NCBI GenBank assembly: GCA_963758525.1
Contig: CAVWVQ010000002.1
Location: 64,001 to 128,000 of the forward strand
DNA length: 64,000 nt
Source of the DNA: an uncultured Phycisphaerales bacterium
GTDB taxonomy: Bacteria > Planctomycetota > Phycisphaerae > Tepidisphaerales > Tepidisphaeraceae
Direction: 5' to 3'
Positions within the stretch are counted from its first letter, which is position 1, and every line of letters begins with the position of its first letter. Both the position numbers and the translations under genes were made by a program. The notes beneath the pieces were generated by a model. That model was not told the origin of the DNA. It did no database searches and saw only the letters and a program-made list of their open reading frames with translations. This document shows positions 30,955 to 41,684 of the stretch, in pieces.

Positions 30955-33351
30955 ATGCGTTTTTTCCTGGCGGGGTTGCTGTTGGGGATTCTTCAATCTG
31001 TCGCGGCGGCGCAGGTGAGCGGATTCGTCGAAGCAGTCGGTTTCGACAGCAATTATCGACCCAACGCCTGGACGCCGATGCTGGTCGATCTCACGTCGCA
31101 GAACACCACGACGCAGGACTATCAGATTCAAGTCGTTCAGCAGGATCTGGACAAGGACAACGTCACCTACACGCGCGACGTCACGCTCAACGCGGGCGTG
31201 CAGCAGAAATTCTGGGTCTACTTCGTGCCGCAGCCGACCGATCATGGGCTGCCGTCGCAGTCGATGGATGATCTGCAGAAGGTGCTGCGCGTTTACGTGG
31301 CGACGCATCCCGATGGCAGCGGCCGCACCAGACAGCTCGTGCAGCTTCCCGTTCGCTTCACCTTGAACAACCTCGATCCGGTCAACTCCGGCTTCGATGT
31401 TTCGCGCGGGCAGCGGCTGGTGCTCTGGATCAGCGATGGGTCGAGTCACCCAGCCGGACTGAATCTCCAGCAGTTGGCGCAGCCAATTTGCGGGACGATG
31501 GAGGACATCGCGCAGGTCGCGCTCAAGCCCCATGACCTGCCGGAAAACGTCCTCGGGTACGATGCCGTGGACACCGTCCTCTGGCTCAACGCCGACGCCA
31601 GCGAGCTGGACGAAGCCGGCGCTCGCCGCAAGGAGGCGCTGGCGGAATTCATTGCTCGCGGTGGTCAGTTGGTCGTCTGCCAGCCGCAACAGCTTCATCG
31701 GGTCGATGCGCTGTCGGACCTTCTTCCAGTCAACATCGCCGACATGAGTCTCGAAGACTGTCCGAACCTCGACCCGCTGGCACACCTTGCGGTCCCGAAG
31801 GGAATTCAGGAGATCGACAAACAACCCTGGACGGCAATGTCGCATCGTCAGCAGTTCAGGTTCGCCCGCGCCAAGGCGAAAGACGACGCAGTCATCGGCG
31901 AATGGATCGACTGGAAAGGGGACAAGTCCAGTGTCTCCCCTTTTCTTGCCCGCCGTAGTGCGGGGCTGGGCTCCGTGACCTGGGTGGCCTGCGATCTTGG
32001 CGACCCGCAGCTTTCCCTGAACACGCCCAACTGGCCCATCATCTGGGATCACATCTTTGGATGGAACAATTCGACAATCGTCAATCCCTCGAAGGAGGCG
32101 GCCGAGCAATACAATCCTCCGTCCGCGGAAGATTCGAAAGACGACACCGCCAGATTCCTCTTTGAAGGAACCGACCAGGAAGGCAAAGGCGCCGGCCTGC
32201 TCGGCGTTGCGATCATCTTCTTCATCATCTACTGGATCGCGGCTGGTCCCGGCAGCTTTTTTGTGCTCTCCAATCGCAAGCGCAAGGACTTGAGCTGGTT
32301 TGTCTTTGGCGCAGCGGCGATCATTGCCGCCGCCTGCACCGCTTTGCTGGTGAAGCTCATTCTCCGCGGCAGCCCCGAACTGAAGCACATGAGCATCGCG
32401 CGGACTGCCCCTGGCGAGCACGCCCAGGTGCTGAGCAGAATCGGTCTTTATATTCCGCGCGACGGCAACCAGTCGATCTCCCTTCTCGAAACCGCCAACG
32501 ATGCGCAGAGCGTTCTCTCCCCGTTGATCGTTCATCCGCAGTCGGTGGAGGACACCGAGTTCCCGGCCGCCCAGGATTACACTGTGCCGGTGCATGATCC
32601 CGATCAGCCGGTTGCGATCGAAGTCCCCTTCCGCAGCACGCTGAAGAAACTGGAAGCCCGCTGGGTGGGCGACACGCAGAGCGGAATTACCGGTTCGGCG
32701 CAGCTCGTCGAGCCCAGCGGCAGAGGCGGCTACATTGCCGGCACCCTCGTCAATCAGACGGGTTACGATCTGCAAAACGTTTTCTTCGGTTTCCACCACC
32801 CCGTCGGCAACGGGAGCCAGCCGACCAACTGGGTGCTCTTTACCCCGTGGTGGAAGAAAGGGGACACCCTCGACCTCGGACACGAGTTCGCCATCGCTCC
32901 ATCGCTGCTGAAGGTCATGGATAACACCCCGGATTGGAGCAAGCAGCGCGCGCGCGATTTCATCGACCCGCACTGGTCCAACTACTGGTACTCTTATCTC
33001 GACGGCGTGGGCAACAGCGACGACAAGAGCGGCGTTGAGTCTCGCGCGGATTTGCCGATTCTGACTTTCTTCGATCTGCTGCCGCCTCCGAAAAACACGG
33101 GGCAGAATGTCCAGCCGCAGGAGCGCAGCTTCAATGTCCTGCGCCGGGGCGGACGCGCGATGAATCTCAGCGCCGCGGTCCTCGCCGGCAAGCTCGTTGT
33201 TGCCGCCCAGGCGTTCTCCAGCAATATCCCCTGCCCGCTTTCGGTGGACGATCAAAAAATTTCCGGCGACGGAACGACTATTTTTCAGGCGGTGCTCCCG
33301 CTCGACGGCTCCGCGGTCAATCAGGCGCCATCGAAGGACCAGAAACGATAA
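30955..33351 (+). CDS. Large membrane-anchored protein associated with an ABC exporter
   Basis: Signal peptide, LPENVLGYDAVD...FIARGGQLVV glutamine-amidotransferase-like fold, two central TM helices; precedes the ABC ATPase. Confidence 0.7.
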   Translation: MRFFLAGLLLGILQSVAAAQVSGFVEAVGFDSNYRPNAWTPMLVDLTSQNTTTQDYQIQVVQQDLDKDNVTYTRDVTLNAGVQQKFWVYFVPQPTDHGLPSQSMDDLQKVLRVYVATHPDGSGRTRQLVQLPVRFTLNNLDPVNSGFDVSRGQRLVLWISDGSSHPAGLNLQQLAQPICGTMEDIAQVALKPHDLPENVLGYDAVDTVLWLNADASELDEAGARRKEALAEFIARGGQLVVCQPQQLHRVDALSDLLPVNIADMSLEDCPNLDPLAHLAVPKGIQEIDKQPWTAMSHRQQFRFARAKAKDDAVIGEWIDWKGDKSSVSPFLARRSAGLGSVTWVACDLGDPQLSLNTPNWPIIWDHIFGWNNSTIVNPSKEAAEQYNPPSAEDSKDDTARFLFEGTDQEGKGAGLLGVAIIFFIIYWIAAGPGSFFVLSNRKRKDLSWFVFGAAAIIAAACTALLVKLILRGSPELKHMSIARTAPGEHAQVLSRIGLYIPRDGNQSISLLETANDAQSVLSPLIVHPQSVEDTEFPAAQDYTVPVHDPDQPVAIEVPFRSTLKKLEARWVGDTQSGITGSAQLVEPSGRGGYIAGTLVNQTGYDLQNVFFGFHHPVGNGSQPTNWVLFTPWWKKGDTLDLGHEFAIAPSLLKVMDNTPDWSKQRARDFIDPHWSNYWYSYLDGVGNSDDKSGVESRADLPILTFFDLLPPPKNTGQNVQPQERSFNVLRRGGRAMNLSAAVLAGKLVVAAQAFSSNIPCPLSVDDQKISGDGTTIFQAVLPLDGSAVNQAPSKDQKR

Positions 33352-33379
33352 CTTTCAACTTGCGATCGAGAGCCGAACC

Positions 33380-34313
33380 ATGGCAGTCATGATCAAAACC
33401 GTGAGTCTCACCAAACGCTACGGCTCACTGGTGGCGCTGGCGAACCTCAACCTCGAAATCAACGAGGGCGACTGCTTCGGGTTCATCGGGCCCAACGGCG
33501 CGGGGAAAAGCACCACCATCAAAATTCTCGCCACGCTGCTCCAGCCGACCTGGGGCGAGGCGCGCGTCTGCGATTTCGTCGTCGGCTACCAGTCGCGGCA
33601 GATCCGCCCGCTGATCGGCTACGTTCCCGACTACTTCGGCGCGTATGAGGACATGGTCGTGCAGGAATATCTGGAATTCTTTGCCGCCGCCTACAACATC
33701 AACGGGCCATCCCGGACCAAGATCGTCAACGACGTTCTGGAGCTTACGGACCTGGCCTACAAGCGCGACGCGTTGGTCGACGGCCTGTCGCGCGGGATGA
33801 AGCAGCGCCTTTCCATCGGGCGCGTTCTGGTTCACGATCCGAAGGTTTTGCTCCTTGACGAGCCCGCCGGCAATCTCGACCCGCGCCCGGATCGAAATGC
33901 GGGAACTGCTCAAGGAATTGCAGCGCCGACAGAAGACCATTTTGATCTCATCCCACATCCTGCCGGAATTGGCCGACCTTTGTAACACCGTCGGCATCAT
34001 CGAACAGGGCGAATTGCTCTACAGCGGCCCGGTCGCCGACATCGTCCGCAAGGCCAGGGGCGGCACCGTCCTGCACGTGGGCGTCGCCGAAAACCAGGAA
34101 CAGGCCGCCGCAGCGCTGAGCCAGGATCCCAACATCCTCAGCGTCGCGGCCAGCAACGGTTTCATGGAGGTTTCCCTCAAGGACGGCATCACCGATTTCA
34201 CCTTCGTCCCCGAACGTCTCGTCGCTGCCGGGTATCGGCTCACGTTGCTCAAGGAAGAAGACGTGAATCTCGAAACCGCGTTCATGCGGCTGACGAAAGG
34301 AGCGGTGCAGTGA
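33380..34313 (+). CDS. ABC-2 type transporter ATP-binding protein (frameshift near 33885)
   Basis: GPNGAGKST, LSRGMKQR, LLLDEPAGNLDP; SSHILPEL in the next frame. Confidence 0.9.
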
Positions 34314-34361
34314 AGCTGGTGATTGGTGATTGGAACGTGACGGAGACGAAGACACGGGGAA

Positions 34362-34479
34362 TTGAGGATTGCAAATTGCAAATTGCAAATTGCAAATTTG
34401 GAGACAGGGACCCGTTGGTCGCGTCGGTATTATCTCCCAATTTTGCAATTTGCGATTTGCAATCCTCAATTTGCAATTG
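34362..34479. repeat. Inverted arrays of TTGCAAA/TTTGCAA heptamers
   Basis: ATTGCAAATTGCAAATTGCAAATTGCAAA followed by TTTGCAATTTGCGATTTGCAATCCTCAATTTGCAAT. Confidence 0.85.
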
Positions 34480-34590
34480 CCTCTCCCTCTTCGCCCCTCT
34501 CCGCTCCTCGCGTCGCCCCTTCCCTCCCTTCGTGCCGCAGTTTACCCGCCGCGGCGGGTGCCTTCGTGCCTCCGTGCCTTCCCCATAACC

Positions 34591-36669
34591 ATGCTCGGAA
34601 TCGCCGACTATCTCTGGCGGCTCATCCCCGCCAATCCGATCCTGCTCCGCGTCGTCGCGACGGCGGGGAAGCGGCGGCGCGACCTGTTCATCCGTTGCGG
34701 CTACCTCGGGCTGCTTGTGCTCATGGTCATGATCCTCGGTCCGGGAGCCAGCGGAGGCGGGCTTTCGCAACTGGCCAAAGCGAGTTCCGCGCTGTTTCAG
34801 CGGATGAGCTATCTGCAACTGGGACTCGTGACGCTGCTGGCGCCCATTTTCACCGCCGGTGCGATCACGCAGGAAAAGGACAGCCAGACCTACGACATCC
34901 TTCTCACCACGCCGCTGACCAACGGCCAGATCGTTCTCGGCTCGCTGCTCTCGCGGCTCTTCTTTGTGATCGCCCTGCTCGTCAGCGGGATTCCGATCTT
35001 CGCCATCACGCAGATCTTCGGCGGCGTCGCCGTCAGCAGCATCGTTGGTTCGTTCTTCATCGCCGCTTCCACCGCATTCGTCACCGGCTCTCTCGCGATG
35101 GCGATTGCCGTGCTCAAGGTCGGCACGCGGCGCACCATCTTCGGGTTTTACGTTTTTATCGTTCTCTATATCGTCGGCATGTTCGTGCTCGATCAGTTGC
35201 CGTTCTTTCAGATCACCGGGCATCAAACCAACGCGACGGTCGCGTCACATATCAGTTGGTTCAGCGGCCTGCAGCCATTCCTCGCACTGCGGGCGACCCT
35301 GCACGATCCCGCATATACTCCCCCGCTCCCTGGCGATCTCCCCGAGAATCTCCGCTTCTGGCCCGCGAGCTGGTATCTGACCGATCCCGCCGGCTTCTAT
35401 ACAACGTTCATGTTCATCCTCAGCTTTCTGCTGGTCATGCCGTCGATCGTTGTTCTGCGACGCATGGCACAGGCGAGCAACACTCCCTTCACCTGGCTCA
35501 TGACAAAGATCAGCCGGACCGCGGGAGACAAAACGCGCAAGCCGCGCACTGTCTGGCAGAATCCCGTCGCCTGGCGCGAAGCAAAGACCAAGGGCTCGGC
35601 CATCCGTTCGTCGCTGCTGCGGTACTGCTTCATCGGCGCGGGGCTGCTCGGCGCGGTGAGCCTGGTGTGGCTGTACGCTTCGACCGAGCCGGCAACGGTT
35701 CCCGATTACGTCGACTCGTCCAGCTACAACGCGGCTTACGATAACTTCACGGTCTACGCGAAGGACGGCACCCCCACCACTCTTTCGCTCCAGCCCCCGC
35801 CGACACTCACGATCGACGGCAAGACTGCCACGCCAGGCGATATTCACGGACACCTCTCCGTCGTCGCCACGCCGGTTGTGGATTCGCTGGGCAGAAAAAC
35901 CAGTTGGTCATCGCTGGCCGTCACTGACCTTCCGCGCAAGCTCAGTGCGACGCAGGCCCGGGAATTCCTGCTGGGCGCAACGGTCGTGGAGTTTGCGATC
36001 ATCCTCCTGATCGTGACCAACGTCGCGGCTTCCACCGTCACGCGCGAAAAGGAAGACGGCACGCTCGACCTGCTCCTGAGCACCCCCATCACGAGCCGCT
36101 ATTACATCTGGGGCAAGCTGCGCGGCCTGGTCAGCTTCGTTCTGCCTCTGGTCGCGGTGCCGGTGTTGAGCGTCGGGATCTTCGTCGCCTACGACGCGTT
36201 TCATTTCTTTCTCAATCATGCCGATTCCACGATGCAATGGATCGCCTTTCCCGACGCGCTGCTGATCATGCCGGGAACGCTGATCATCATCAGCGCATTG
36301 GCAGCCATCGTAGGGATGCAGATGTCGCTGCGCTGCCGCAAGAGCGTTGTGGCGGTGATGAGCAGTGTCGGGATCGTGGTCGGCCTGTGTGCGGTGCTGG
36401 GCTTCTGCGGGTTCCAGATGCTCCAGTCTTCCGGGGCCGATACGATCGGCGTCGTCGCCGGGAGTTTCAGCCCATTCACGCTGCTCACGATGGAAATCAA
36501 TCCCTACGAGGGGGCGGCGACCGCCTTCGGCAACGGCGACAGCAGCCCGCGGGTGCTCATCTTCGTTTTCAGTTGGATCGCCGTCGGAGTGTATGCCGCC
36601 GTCGTCGCGGCGATGTATAAGTCAATGGTGAAGAATTTTGACATGACGATCCGCAAGCAATCCAGATGA
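34591..36669 (+). CDS. ABC transporter permease with two internally duplicated halves
   Basis: ITQEKDSQTYDILLTTPLT...LGSL and VTREKEDGTLDLLLSTPIT...WGKL; many TM helices. Confidence 0.85.
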   Translation: MLGIADYLWRLIPANPILLRVVATAGKRRRDLFIRCGYLGLLVLMVMILGPGASGGGLSQLAKASSALFQRMSYLQLGLVTLLAPIFTAGAITQEKDSQTYDILLTTPLTNGQIVLGSLLSRLFFVIALLVSGIPIFAITQIFGGVAVSSIVGSFFIAASTAFVTGSLAMAIAVLKVGTRRTIFGFYVFIVLYIVGMFVLDQLPFFQITGHQTNATVASHISWFSGLQPFLALRATLHDPAYTPPLPGDLPENLRFWPASWYLTDPAGFYTTFMFILSFLLVMPSIVVLRRMAQASNTPFTWLMTKISRTAGDKTRKPRTVWQNPVAWREAKTKGSAIRSSLLRYCFIGAGLLGAVSLVWLYASTEPATVPDYVDSSSYNAAYDNFTVYAKDGTPTTLSLQPPPTLTIDGKTATPGDIHGHLSVVATPVVDSLGRKTSWSSLAVTDLPRKLSATQAREFLLGATVVEFAIILLIVTNVAASTVTREKEDGTLDLLLSTPITSRYYIWGKLRGLVSFVLPLVAVPVLSVGIFVAYDAFHFFLNHADSTMQWIAFPDALLIMPGTLIIISALAAIVGMQMSLRCRKSVVAVMSSVGIVVGLCAVLGFCGFQMLQSSGADTIGVVAGSFSPFTLLTMEINPYEGAATAFGNGDSSPRVLIFVFSWIAVGVYAAVVAAMYKSMVKNFDMTIRKQSR

Positions 36670-36717
36670 CCGGATGATCGCTACTACAATCACCAGCCAA
36701 GCCCTTGGAAATCAACC

Positions 36718-38003
36718 ATGACCGCCATTCAAACCGATCGTCTCATTCCGGATGGATCCAAACATTCCAAATTCTGGCAGAACGCGCACCTGTATTTCGA
36801 TCGCGTCTACCAGACGATGAATCTCGATCCTGTCTGGCACAGCGTGCTCTCCACTCCCAAACGCGTGCTCACTGTTTCCTGCCCGGTCCGGATGGACGAT
36901 GGCACCATTCAAGTCTTCACCGGCTATCGGCGCAGCACAACAACGCCCGCGGTCCGTTCAAAGGCGGCATTCGCTACGACACCGCCGTCAATATGGACGA
37001 GGTGATGGCACTGGCGATGCTCCAGACCTGGAAGAACGCCCTGGTGGATCTCCCCTACGGCGGAGCCAAAGGGGGCGTCGTCTGCAATCCGCGCAAGCTG
37101 TCGCTCGGTGAGAAAGAGCGTCTCACGCGACGGTTCACCAGTGAGATCATGCCGGTGATCGGCCCGCAGCATGACATCCCGGCCCCCGACGCGGGCACCG
37201 ACGCGCAGGTCATGAGCTGGGTGCTCGACACTTATTCGATGATGGTCGGCTACCAGGCGCTGGGCGTCGTCACCGGCAAACCCGTGGCCCTGGGCGGATC
37301 AGTCGGCCGCGAGGAAGCGACCGGCCGGGGGCTGATGAACATCCTCCGCAAATTTCTTGCCACGCAGAACAAGACGCTCACCGACGTGCGGATCGCGGTG
37401 CAGGGTTTCGGCAACGTCGGCTACCACGCCGCGCGGCTGCTCGACAGCCGCGGCGCAACGATCGTCGCCATCAGCGAGAAAAACGGCGGCATCTACGACG
37501 AGAGCGGCGTCGATATCGACGCCGCCGGCATTTACTACCGCGAGCGCGGCGACCTGACCGACTTCCCCGGCGGCGACGCCGTCAGCAATGAAGAGGTGCT
37601 CACCTGCGACTGCGACGTGCTCGTTCCCGCGGCGATGGAAAATACCATCGACGCCGACGTCGCCCCGCACGTTCGCGCCCGCATCGTGTGCGAAGGCGCC
37701 AACGGCCCCACCACTCCCGAAGCCGACGAGATTCTCCGCGACAACGGCATCACCGTGCTCCCCGACATCCTCGCCAACGCCGGCGGCGTGACCGTCAGCT
37801 ACTTCGAGTGGGTGCAGGGTCTGGACAATTTTTTCTGGGATCTCAAGCGAGTGCAGGACGAACTGCAGCGCGTGATGGAGAAGGCTTTTGACGAGGTGAA
37901 TGCCAAGGCCGATGCCGCCGATTGCGATTATCGCACCGCCGCCTACACGATCGCGATCAGCCGGGTCGCTGAAGCGTGCCGGTTGAAGGGATTGTTCCCG
38001 TGA
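36718..38003 (+). CDS. gdhA: Glu/Leu/Phe/Val dehydrogenase, glutamate dehydrogenase-like (frameshift near 36930)
   Basis: RGPFKGGIRY, LPYGGAKGG, DIPAPD, GREEATGRG, QGFGNVG, EGANGP, NAGGVTVSYFEW. Confidence 0.9.
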
Positions 38004-38024
38004 TCCTGCGACACTCGAAACGAA

Positions 38025-38167
38025 GGGTGTAACTTTTATTTGTGGCGATTGCAGATTTTGCGATCGTAGGGCGGGATTCATCCCGCCGTTTTCTCAGCCG
38101 GCCAACAAATCGGCGGGATGAATCCCGCCCTACTCGGAGCCGATCGCCACTTTCGAGCGCCACACCC
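38025..38167. mobile_element. 143-bp MITE, copy 1, with 8-bp target-site duplication GAAACGAA
   Basis: Ends GGGTGT...ACACCC; identical to 49103-49245; direct repeats at 38017-38024 and 38168-38175. Confidence 0.9.
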
Positions 38168-38283
38168 GAAACGAAAGCGCCAGCACCGCACCGCTTCCCT
38201 GAACGCTTCCTCTGGTTTATCCTCATGTTGTAACGATTCGGTTTCGAGCAACCAGCAATCCCCCCGGCGAAGGAGCAACAATC

Positions 38284-39135
38284 ATGGCGATTTCCATCGG
38301 CGTTAACGCGTGGGTCTGGCAGGCCCCTTTCACCACCAATGATCTTGGCCTGCTCGACAAAGCGGCGAAAATGGGCTTCACCAGTTTTGAGATCGGACTT
38401 GAAGACCAATCACTCATCGATCCGCAAAAGCTCAAGGACAAACTGCAGGCGACCAACCTCAAGCTGGTCGTCTGCGGCGCGTTCGGACCGACACGCGACC
38501 TGACGCACGAAGATCCGCAGTACCGCCAGGAGAGCCTGGACTACATGGCCAATGGCTTCAAGTTTTGCCAGGCGGCTGGCACCGCGATCTGGGCTGGGCC
38601 GAGCTATTCATCCGTTGGCAAGCGCCGTCAGATCTCGGCCGAGCAGAAGAAGAAGGAATGGGATCTCGCCGCGACCGGCTTGCGAAAGGCCGCGAAGATC
38701 GCGGCCGATCACGGGGTGAAGATCGCGCTGGAGCCGCTCAATCGTTTTGAAACGGATCTGGTCAACACTTCCGAGCAGGTCGTCCGGCTCATCGACGACA
38801 TCGGCGAAAAGAACGTCGGCGTCCATCTCGACACATTCCACATGAACATCGAGGAGCTCGACAGCGGCGCCGCCATCCGCCACGCCGGCGACAAGTTGCT
38901 CCACTTCCACACCTGCGAAAACGACCGCGGCGCGCCCGGGTCGGGACGCAATATCGACTGGGATAATGTCGCGCAGGCGCTGAAGGACGTGAAATATAAC
39001 GGCAACGCCGTCATCGAGTCATTTACGCCCGCCTGCTCCATCGCCGGCGCGGCGGCGATCTGGCGTCCGCTCGCCAAGTCACAAGACGCGCTGGCCAGCG
39101 AGGGCCTCGCATATTTGAAAAAGCTTCTGCATTAA
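38284..39135 (+). CDS. Sugar phosphate isomerase/epimerase (D-psicose/D-tagatose 3-epimerase family)
   Basis: LEPLNRFETD, HLDTFHMNIEE, HTCENDRGAPGSG, IESF. Confidence 0.88.
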   Translation: MAISIGVNAWVWQAPFTTNDLGLLDKAAKMGFTSFEIGLEDQSLIDPQKLKDKLQATNLKLVVCGAFGPTRDLTHEDPQYRQESLDYMANGFKFCQAAGTAIWAGPSYSSVGKRRQISAEQKKKEWDLAATGLRKAAKIAADHGVKIALEPLNRFETDLVNTSEQVVRLIDDIGEKNVGVHLDTFHMNIEELDSGAAIRHAGDKLLHFHTCENDRGAPGSGRNIDWDNVAQALKDVKYNGNAVIESFTPACSIAGAAAIWRPLAKSQDALASEGLAYLKKLLH

Positions 39136-39169
39136 GTCGCATTTGCTCCAAAATGCCCACAACCTCAAC

Positions 39170-39270
39170 GATCTGAAATCTGAGATCAAAGATCTGAAAT
39201 CTGAGATCTCAGATCTGAAATGAGATGGACGAGATCTCAAAATTTGAAATTTCCTCTCAAATTTGAAATT
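39170..39270. repeat. Degenerate ATCTGA(A/G) heptamer array
   Basis: GATCTGAAATCTGAGATCAAAGATCTGAAATCTGAGATCTCAGATCTGAAA... Confidence 0.75.
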
Positions 39271-39300
39271 CGCTTCTCCTCACTCCAACGAAAGGCTCCC

Positions 39301-40062
39301 ATGAACCTCCGCCCTCTTCTCGTTTCCCTGACCATCGCGTCGGCCGCACTATTCGTTCGCGCGGACGAGCCGAAAACCGATCTTCCCGCGCCCGATGCCG
39401 ACGGCTTCATCTCCCTTTTCAACGGCAAAGATCTGGCCGGCTGGGACGGCCTGGAAGGATTCTGGTCGGTCAAGGATGGCGCGATTTCCGGCGAAGAATC
39501 CAAGGAGCACCCCGCCCCGCAAACCGACCTGAACCTCGCCGCTTCCGTGGCCAATCCCGAGAAGTTCAGCAACTTCGAGTTGCACTGGTCCTGGAAATTC
39601 ACCACGCCCAAGGGCAACTCCGGCGTCCAATTTCGTTCGAAAATCGATAACGAAAAGGACAAGCACTGCGGCGGGTACCAGGCTGACTTTGACGCCGAGC
39701 GCGGATATGACGGCAGCATTTACGATGAACACGGCATCGTCGGCGGACGCCAGACCATGAGCAACCGCGGCGATCAAACGAACTGGACCGAAAAGACCAA
39801 GCGGGAAGTGAAGCCGCTCTCGGAAACCAAGGCCGAACTGCAGAAGGAAATCAAGCTCAACGACTGGAACGACGCCGTGCTCGTCGTTGACGGCAATCAC
39901 GTCACCTACACGGTCAACGGCCACCTGATGACTGACATGACCGACAACAGCCCCAAGGCCCGCAAGGACGGAGTCATCGGGATTCAGCTCCACCACGGCT
40001 TCGTGATGGAGATCCAGGTGAAGGACATCAAGATCAAGTTCCTGGACAAAGACGCGAAGTAA
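39301..40062 (+). CDS. DUF1080 (3-keto-disaccharide hydrolase-like) secreted protein
   Basis: Signal peptide, SLFNGKDLAGW, NSGVQFRS, GYQAD, WN, GVIGIQLH. Confidence 0.88.
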   Translation: MNLRPLLVSLTIASAALFVRADEPKTDLPAPDADGFISLFNGKDLAGWDGLEGFWSVKDGAISGEESKEHPAPQTDLNLAASVANPEKFSNFELHWSWKFTTPKGNSGVQFRSKIDNEKDKHCGGYQADFDAERGYDGSIYDEHGIVGGRQTMSNRGDQTNWTEKTKREVKPLSETKAELQKEIKLNDWNDAVLVVDGNHVTYTVNGHLMTDMTDNSPKARKDGVIGIQLHHGFVMEIQVKDIKIKFLDKDAK

Positions 40063-40084
40063 GTCGAGAGAGATCCCTCGTGGC

Positions 40085-40133
40085 AAAAGCAAAGCCCCGC
40101 GGCTCGTCGAGAGTCGCGGGGCTTCATTTTTTT
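40085..40133. terminator. Intrinsic terminator, probably bidirectional
   Basis: Stem AAGCCCCGCGGCTC/GAGTCGCGGGGCTT, T-tract on the right and A-rich on the left, between convergent genes. Confidence 0.8.
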
Positions 40134-40151
40134 GCCTGGCCCCACTGGGAC

Positions 40152-41486
40152 TTACAACTCCGTCGCGTAGGGCTCGCCGAGTTCCTCTGCAGCCGTCACA
40201 AGCTTCACCGGCTTGAAGCCGCCCTTGGAGCGGTCATACAGCCAGATCGCGCCAAAGACGAACAGCAGTGCTGCCGGCAGAATCGCAACGACCCGGAACG
40301 ACATCTGCGATCCGACGACCTTTCCGGAGATTGCGGTGTAGTGGTCGTATACCTTGCCCATCTGCGGGAGCACAAGGAAGATCGACCCCATGCCCGCGGT
40401 ACCCATTAGTCCCATCAGCACGGCTCCGCCGCGCGGGAATCGCTCCGACGCGGCGGCAAGCATCGTGGGCCACATGTAGCAGACGCCGGTGCCCCAAACG
40501 GTTGCCGCAAGCAGGCCGGTGATCGGCGAATTTGCAAAGCTCAGCGACACCAGCCCGAGCGAAGCGAGGAGACACGAAATCCAAAGAAGTCCGACCGGCG
40601 AAAACTTATGTGCCATCGGACCGGCGAAGTGACGCATGACAAACATGAGGGCACTGACATAGACCAGGAGCAGAATTCCCGGCATGTGCACCGTTCGCGT
40701 CAATGCCAACTGCACCCACTGGCCTGGGGCCAGCTCGGAGGCCGCTGTCAGGAACATGGAGAAGAACCACACCAGAAAGAACGGCTTGAAGAATTCCTTC
40801 ATCATGTCGCCGGTTGAAATGCCCGCCGCGACGCGCTCGGTGGGCGGGAACTTGCAGGTGAGCATCAAGCCCCCGAAGAGCAGTGCCGGTATCAAAACGC
40901 AACCCATCTGCAGGCGCCAGTCGATGTTGATGTTGCTCAAGCCGGCGCCAATCAGGCCGCCGATGATCAAGCCGCCCGGCCACCAGGCGTGGAGCACGTT
41001 GAGCTTGTGGGTTTTGTCATCGGGATAGAGCGTGACCGCCAGCGGATTGATCACCGTTTCAACCAGTCCCCATCCGATTCCCGTCAGCAGCATCCCGACC
41101 CACAGTACCCAATAGGCGGAAAGCGCGTGAGAAAGTGGCGCGGTGAAGATGACAGTGATCGTGCCGCAGATGAAACAGAGCGAAGAGAGCCCCAGCAGCG
41201 GCCCCATGCCCAGATAATCCAGCAGCGGGCTGCCGACCGCGATGGTGATGGCAAACCCGAGAAAGGCCACTCCAAGCACGGATCCGATCATTTCCCCCGA
41301 ATGCACCGGATCGATCGGATCCAGAAACTGATGTTGAAACACGTCGGCCAGATTTCCGCGGATGCTCGCTGAAACGCCGGCCGTGACCAGCGCGATCACG
41401 CTGATGATGAAAATTCTGCGCTTGTCGTAATCGGCGTGGCGGTCCGTAGCGTGGGGAAGCGGGACGCCCGATGCTGCTTCAGTCAT
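40152..41486 (-). CDS. MFS transporter (sugar permease-like)
   Basis: About 12 hydrophobic segments; LNVLHAWWPGG; WPTMLAAASERFPRGG. Confidence 0.85.
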   Translation of the reverse strand: MTEAASGVPLPHATDRHADYDKRRIFIISVIALVTAGVSASIRGNLADVFQHQFLDPIDPVHSGEMIGSVLGVAFLGFAITIAVGSPLLDYLGMGPLLGLSSLCFICGTITVIFTAPLSHALSAYWVLWVGMLLTGIGWGLVETVINPLAVTLYPDDKTHKLNVLHAWWPGGLIIGGLIGAGLSNINIDWRLQMGCVLIPALLFGGLMLTCKFPPTERVAAGISTGDMMKEFFKPFFLVWFFSMFLTAASELAPGQWVQLALTRTVHMPGILLLVYVSALMFVMRHFAGPMAHKFSPVGLLWISCLLASLGLVSLSFANSPITGLLAATVWGTGVCYMWPTMLAAASERFPRGGAVLMGLMGTAGMGSIFLVLPQMGKVYDHYTAISGKVVGSQMSFRVVAILPAALLFVFGAIWLYDRSKGGFKPVKLVTAAEELGEPYATEL

Positions 41487-41684
41487 GGAGATTCTCCTCT
41501 AGCCAAAAAAGAAAGGGTTGGGTTAACGTCGTATCATCTTCAAGTTACGGTTGAAATTCAAATCTTTGTTGCCATTCGCTTTATCGGGGAGGAGGCAGGC
41601 CGATAAAAACGCTTGTGAGGACCGTGCCGCTTGAATGTGGGATGGCACCACCATAGATTTCGGTGGCAATCCTCCTATTACCCC

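Noticed and set aside
30952..33255. Long antisense ORFs (767 aa here; also 41904-43823, 61050-62633, 27986-29287)
   Set aside because: They mirror well-supported genes on the opposite strand and have no recognisable motifs; typical GC-rich shadow ORFs.
38042..38233. Short ORFs shared between ~38040 and ~49120 (MAIADFAIVGRDSSRR...)
   Set aside because: They are translations of the non-coding 143-bp MITE, not genes.
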